In this document: positions 43,601 through 47,521 of the stretch, piece by piece
Position numbering within the stretch: position 1 is the stretch's first letter
Layout of the letters: each line of letters begins with the position of its first letter
From: a virus
Taxonomy: Duplodnaviria > Caudoviricetes
DNA: 47,521 bases
IMG/VR virus record: IMGVR_UViG_3300005611_000049
Location: 1-47,521 of that record
Reading direction: 5' to 3' (one strand)
Notes under the pieces: model-generated
Seen by the model: only the letters and a program-made list of their open reading frames with translations
The model's database searches: none
Told to the model about the DNA's origin: nothing
Made by a program: the position numbers and the translations under genes

Positions 43601-46600
43601 AGTCTTTCTTGTTGTTCAGCAGACATAGAATCTCTAGCTGCAAGATTCTGATTATTTAAGTTAGCCATTTCAACTTGAAGTGAGGCGCTTAAATTTGCTT
43701 TTTCCATGTCTTGCTGCAAATCAGCTTGGCGCATAGTACGATTAACTTGAGCCTGATAAGATGCAAGACGAGTTTGTTGTTCCGCTGTTAAGTTTTGAGT
43801 TGCAGAGGCATTGATGGCTTGCAAGTTTGCAAGATCCATTTGTTGTGCTGCAGATAAATTTTGCACAGCAGCCTGTTGTTGTTGCTGTGAAGTCTGTTGC
43901 GCTCTTTGCTGTGCAAACTGAGCTTCAGTCAAACGCGCTTGTTCACGTTGTTGAGCAGTTGTAATTTCAGCTTGTTGTTGAAACTCAGCCTGCTTAATGT
44001 TAACTTGCTGTGCCATTTGCGCTGTTTGAGACGCAGCTGTTTGTTTGTTAGCAAGGTTTGCTAAGCGTTGTTGAGCAATTTGTTGAGACTGCTGAAGATT
44101 TGCTTGTTGTTGATTGCCTAAATTTTGTGCAGCACGTTGTTGAAGGGCCTGAGCGTTGCTTTGAGCCATTGGAAGCGCACTTTGAATAATTGCATTAAAC
44201 AGCGCATCCCGTCCAACAGTAGATGTGCTAAGGCCTCTAGAAGCCATTTGTGCATTGATTGCATCTACAGCAGGTCGTGCCCACACTGGAACTTCACCAT
44301 CTTCCATACCCGCAAGAAGGCCTTCCATCTGTGTAGACACAAGCGCTTCTTCTGGTAATGCTGCAACAGCCGCTGTAACTTCTTGTGGTGCATTATCTAA
44401 CTGTGCTTCAACGGTTGCAGGGTCTTCCATAACAACAGCTGTTACTTCTTCAGGAAGGCCTACAGTAACTCGTGCCATGTCTGCAGCCGCCATTCGACGT
44501 TCTTTTCCAGTAACGGCTTGCATTTGCGCGGCTTGTGCAGTAGGAATACCGCCAATTTGAGAAGCATTACCTTTTGGTGCTTCTCCAAGAATAGCTTCAC
44601 GACCTTCAAGGTCTGCAGAAGGTGCTTCACCTAATTGAGACGCAATAGCTTGTGCGGCTTCACCTACAGATGCAGTTCGTCGAGCTGCTACTTGAAACTC
44701 TGGAATGTTATCAATATCTGCTGCTTCTTCAATAGGAATTTGACCTGCAGCAACATATGCAGCTTGAGCCGCAATAGACTCTGGGGCTACGCCTAACTGT
44801 GCAGCTGCTCCTGTAGCGGCTTCAGCAGATTGTGCTGTACGTCTAACAGCAAGTTGATAGTTTCCAAGCTGTGAAATATCTGTTTGAGATGCTATAACAG
44901 GACTTAATTGATCAGCAGTTATAGCTTGTCTTTCTTGAGCTACAGCATTAACCAGTTCTTCTATTTGTGTAGCATCAGGAGCAGAAACACCTTTTGATGT
45001 AATTGCTTGTCTTTGTGCAGCATCAAAACGATCAAACTGCTCAATTTGTTGTTGACGCGCTTGTGGTGTAAAATCAGCACCTAAAAAAGATGCTTGTGCA
45101 GCTTGTGCTTGTGGAGTAGCTCCTAACTGAGCAGCCCTTCCTTGTGCAGCCTGAGTAGATTGAGCAATGCGCCTAGCAGCTAAATCAAATTCTCCTAGTT
45201 TATCAAGTTCTGTTTGAGACGCATCAATGCCTTTTAATTGTTCAGCAGTAATTGCGTCTCTTTGTTGTGCTGCAGCATCACCAACCGCTGTCATTTGTGC
45301 TGCATCAGGAGCTAAAACTTCTTCGGCTTGTGCAGCAGTTCTTTGAGCCGCTGTTAACTCTGGAACATCAGCAATTGTTGCTGCTTCGCCCTGAGGTAGA
45401 ATATTAACACCTTCAAATATTGCCTGTGCTGCTTCAGCCTGTGGAGCCTCACTAAGACGATTTTCAAACTCACCAGTAGCTGCTTCACCTTGTTGTGCTA
45501 CTCTTTCTCGTGCAAGTTTATACTCTGGAAGATCTTCAAGTGGCACTCCTCGTCCTTGAGCTATTTGTCTTAAAGCGCTTAGCTCGTCTTCAGAAATTAC
45601 GTGTCCTGTTCGTCTAGTTACTTTTGGGCCTTTAACATCTCCTACTTCAAAGCTTTTATCAGTTGTAGCAGCTTCAGCATAATCACGAGCTTTAGGTCTT
45701 TGAGCCGCCCTAGCAGTTGCGTCTTTTTCAGAAGATACATCTCTTTTAGCAGCGACAGCAGGCTGAGTAATAGTGCCTTCTTGGACTTGTGCAATAGCAC
45801 CTTCGCTTACTTGACCTTGTGCGGCTTTTCCGGGAGCAATACCTTCAGCAATAGCAGCTTCCATTTGAGCAGCAGCGGCATCACTAGGCGTAGCAGCTTG
45901 TGCAGCAGTTGCGTCTGATTGTGCTCTTGCACTTGTTGCTGTGGCTCTTGTAGCTGTTGCATCGCCGGTATCAGCCATTCTATAAATCATAGAGTCTGGG
46001 CCATACGCTACATCTTCGGGAGTAACCTGTGGCAAGGTTGGGCGATCAGGAAGATTAATTGCTAAGTCTGTTGGTGCTTTTGTAAGAGCGCCAGATAGGA
46101 GACTAGACCCTGTTCCAGTGCCTGTATTTCCCGTAGGAATATAAGTATCAGGCATGCCGTCACCATTTGTATCTGTGTTTGGAATCGCGATATTTCTAAA
46201 AGCATTTGGATTTGCTTCATTCCACTCTTGAAGAGCCTGTCTATATGCTGGATCATTTGCACCTTGGCGATAGTCTTCAGGGTTTGGATAATCTGAAAAA
46301 TCAGTTTGATTACCTGTCGTAGTGTTGTTATTATCGCTGGGAGGAAGTTGATTTGTATTATCGCCTGCAGGAGCCGGTGTAGTTGTGTTAGGCTGAATTG
46401 TACGATTAGTTTCTGTTGTATTTGGAACAGTGCCTGTAAACTCTGGTAGTGTTCCTGTTGTATTATCTGAGCGCGTTGATACTCCAGTAGAAGTTGGCGT
46501 AGGGCGAGGCGCTGATTCGTCAATTCGACGTTTTGGATCGGGAGCAGGCTTTACACCTCCTGTACGCTCATTAAAGTTTGAAGTGCCGCCTGCAAACATT

Positions 46601-46692
46601 TGACCGCCTTTTTGCATAGGCATCCTAGCTCTTTTAGACGCAGCAGCCTTTTTAAACTTTTTAGTATTTCGTGTCTGTCTTTTTTTCGACAT
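40630..46692 (-). CDS. Giant Q/A/N-rich repeat protein, putative internal virion or ejection-tube protein (2020 aa)
   Basis: ORF track; 11-aa periodic coiled-coil region with higher-order repeats. Confidence 0.75.
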   Translation of the reverse strand: MSKKRQTRNTKKFKKAAASKRARMPMQKGGQMFAGGTSNFNERTGGVKPAPDPKRRIDESAPRPTPTSTGVSTRSDNTTGTLPEFTGTVPNTTETNRTIQPNTTTPAPAGDNTNQLPPSDNNNTTTGNQTDFSDYPNPEDYRQGANDPAYRQALQEWNEANPNAFRNIAIPNTDTNGDGMPDTYIPTGNTGTGTGSSLLSGALTKAPTDLAINLPDRPTLPQVTPEDVAYGPDSMIYRMADTGDATATRATATSARAQSDATAAQAATPSDAAAAQMEAAIAEGIAPGKAAQGQVSEGAIAQVQEGTITQPAVAAKRDVSSEKDATARAAQRPKARDYAEAATTDKSFEVGDVKGPKVTRRTGHVISEDELSALRQIAQGRGVPLEDLPEYKLARERVAQQGEAATGEFENRLSEAPQAEAAQAIFEGVNILPQGEAATIADVPELTAAQRTAAQAEEVLAPDAAQMTAVGDAAAQQRDAITAEQLKGIDASQTELDKLGEFDLAARRIAQSTQAAQGRAAQLGATPQAQAAQASFLGADFTPQARQQQIEQFDRFDAAQRQAITSKGVSAPDATQIEELVNAVAQERQAITADQLSPVIASQTDISQLGNYQLAVRRTAQSAEAATGAAAQLGVAPESIAAQAAYVAAGQIPIEEAADIDNIPEFQVAARRTASVGEAAQAIASQLGEAPSADLEGREAILGEAPKGNASQIGGIPTAQAAQMQAVTGKERRMAAADMARVTVGLPEEVTAVVMEDPATVEAQLDNAPQEVTAAVAALPEEALVSTQMEGLLAGMEDGEVPVWARPAVDAINAQMASRGLSTSTVGRDALFNAIIQSALPMAQSNAQALQQRAAQNLGNQQQANLQQSQQIAQQRLANLANKQTAASQTAQMAQQVNIKQAEFQQQAEITTAQQREQARLTEAQFAQQRAQQTSQQQQQAAVQNLSAAQQMDLANLQAINASATQNLTAEQQTRLASYQAQVNRTMRQADLQQDMEKANLSASLQVEMANLNNQNLAARDSMSAEQQERLTNLQTLVDFRKTNATLAQQMDLANLSNDQQMRLANLQRKAEADQANFTAENQFELAELNSKIQRATRQAELKQDMSKANLNTALQVELSELSEKNATARANMTAEQQTRLQNLQTLVDFKKTNAQLAQQMDMANMSNEQQIRLANLAEKSAADAANFTEGNRFELARLQTAAQVLSENTQLRQQADLANLSSDEKITLANLTAENQASSDNLNSAQQIELANLNLRLQRATQNAQMRQQIITQTFSQDQQTELANLEALNRAGTENLNAAQQAKLTEYNAQVNRKIRQTELNQDIVKANLNTSLQVELTELSEKNATARANMTTEQQTRLANLQTLVDFKKTNAQLAQQMDMANMSNEQQVRLANLAERASADAANFTEANRFELTRLQTAAQVLSENTQLRQQADIANLSSEEKITLANLTAQNQASADNLNAAQQAELANLNARVQTEVQNAQMRQQVITQSFSQRQQTELANLEALNRAGSENLSAEQQSRLASFNATIDRNVRQADLNQQMEAANLDARLKVELSELTERNATSRANMSAEQQTRLANLQTLTEFRTTNAQLAQQMDMANLANEQQMELANLQEKASADAANFTEENRFRMQELNNYVQVMSQNEQLLQQADLARLSMEERISLANLDSKNRADSESMSALNVAELQQYEKRMQAAQVNAQLAQQMGLANLSNQQQTAMFNAQIDANLDMKQFDANQQAAMANSQFMQSMTMKDFDARQQSIMQNATAMASMDMANLDARTRLAAQNAQAFLQMDMANLSNEQQMAVMNQQQAQQTMLSNQAAENAARQFNAANQQQADQFMASLASQTEQFNAAQANAMSQFNISEQNRIAAQNAQNATQVSLANAQMQTDISKFNETMDQQREQFNVANAQAIEQADIAWRRQTNTINTAARNAANQQNVMNAFNLSMAEMQFLWQEVRDNAAYTRQAYENDQTRRTQLYATAIGNESAAGEKSSSSINALITAVNNLLNLGG
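41800..43400 (-). repeat. 660-bp (220-aa) intragenic tandem repeat, about 2.4 copies
   Basis: Matching blocks start at 41881, 42541 and 43201 (GCCATRTCCATTTGTTGRGC). Confidence 0.9.
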
Positions 46693-46695
46693 TTC

Positions 46696-47094
46696 TTACT
46701 TCTCCCTTGATACGCCCTTGACTTTTTCATAAGAGCGCATAGCGCCTAAACCTAACATGCCCATAAGAACTGGCATCATAGTTTCTAAATCTATTAGTGG
46801 TACAGTAACTTGAACTTCCATTAAAGCTAATATAAAATTAGACATAGGTATTACAAGAAAATTACCTGCCATACCTAATACACAACACCAGCCTACTGCA
46901 GGTCTCCAACCAGAGACAAACAAAGACTTGTGTGCTGCTTCTACTTTGTTAACCTCTAGCTGTGCCTTAGCAAGCTCCTGAGCGTGTCTCTGAGCCATTG
47001 TAGCAACTTCATGGGCCAGCCTAGCCTTCTGGTCCTTGTCCTGTACAAACTTGTCTAGAAGCCCTGTAACAGGCCCTATGAGTGACTCAATCAT
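46696..47094 (-). CDS. Holin (GTA-type 3TM holin family)
   Basis: LIGPVTGLLDKF, SGWRPAVGW and MLGLGAMRSYEK motifs. Confidence 0.85.
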   Translation of the reverse strand: MIESLIGPVTGLLDKFVQDKDQKARLAHEVATMAQRHAQELAKAQLEVNKVEAAHKSLFVSGWRPAVGWCCVLGMAGNFLVIPMSNFILALMEVQVTVPLIDLETMMPVLMGMLGLGAMRSYEKVKGVSREK

Positions 47095-47438
47095 TCTGGC
47101 TCCTGTGCATACAATGATTCCATCGTGCCAATGCGGATGGTTAGATTATGGACGTCTTTCTGTATTGCCCTAAGATCCTCTACATCCATCTGCACACCTT
47201 CAATCAACATGTCCTGCCTAGCGTCGTCAGGTAACGAGCCAAGTTCTCCACGAGGCCACAAAATACGAAACTCAGTGTTACGCTCTATTTCTATTTGAGA
47301 CTTGTCCAAAGAATGCTCAAGTTTGTTGAGACGCTCTTGAATACCAAAGTAAGCCATCGTTGCAATAGACGTAGCGGCAACCATAGCAATTAAGTTGCGA
47401 ATGGGAATAGTTACGTCTGTTGACTCATTGATGTCCAC
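47091..47438 (-). CDS. Membrane-anchored coiled-coil protein in the lysis region
   Basis: N-terminal TM plus coiled coil; GTG start coupled to the upstream stop. Confidence 0.6.
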   Translation of the reverse strand: MDINESTDVTIPIRNLIAMVAATSIATMAYFGIQERLNKLEHSLDKSQIEIERNTEFRILWPRGELGSLPDDARQDMLIEGVQMDVEDLRAIQKDVHNLTIRIGTMESLYAQEPE

Positions 47439-47521
47439 TATCTGGCAAACTCCAAAATGGCAATAGCTACAGTTACGATCATAGCAATGGAAGCAAAGCC
47501 GCCTTGCATCATCTTTTCTAA
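47438..47521 (-). CDS. Partial CDS, C-terminal TM segment (...LEKMMQGGFASIAMIVTVAIAILEFAR)
   Basis: Translated by hand; truncated by the window edge. Confidence 0.55.
   Translation of the reverse strand, partial: LEKMMQGGFASIAMIVTVAIAILEFAR

Noticed and set aside
33111-46523. Antisense and alternate-frame ORFs within the ejection genes
   Set aside because: Explained by codon bias and low complexity of the main frame.
1-47521. tRNA genes or stop-codon reassignment
   Set aside because: No cloverleaf or T-loop motif noticed in the few intergenic gaps, and genes are intact in the standard code with all three stops in use.

Overview
This 47.5-kb window looks like a nearly complete, circularly permuted genome of a lytic podovirus, probably marine. 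It has two divergent arms meeting at a ~650-bp non-coding control region (14347-15012). The minus arm (14346 down to 1, apparently continuing from 47521 down to 31066) carries terS/terL, portal, scaffold, major capsid, tail tube proteins, tail fibre, holin, large internal/ejection proteins, lysozyme and a cluster of basic proteins. The plus arm (15013-31079) carries small early genes, an HhH-GPD-like enzyme, DUF932, an alternative oxidase (AOX), SSB, T7-like primase-helicase, DNA polymerase A, three nucleases and a class II ribonucleotide reductase. I see no phage RNA polymerase, integrase, tRNA or CRISPR array. The main unexplained signals are: (1) an R-x-x-[KYFM]-x-x-G-G motif shared by otherwise unrelated late proteins, which divides the C-terminus of the 1554-aa ejection protein into modules; (2) two perfect back-to-back sigma70 promoters, one probably giving a leaderless terS mRNA and the other an ~80-nt RNA with competing folds; (3) a triple GGCYACCU-N12/13-RCCCC stem/internal-loop motif in the scaffold leader; (4) a respiratory-type AOX. 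Family names come from motif recognition by eye, not from database searches.
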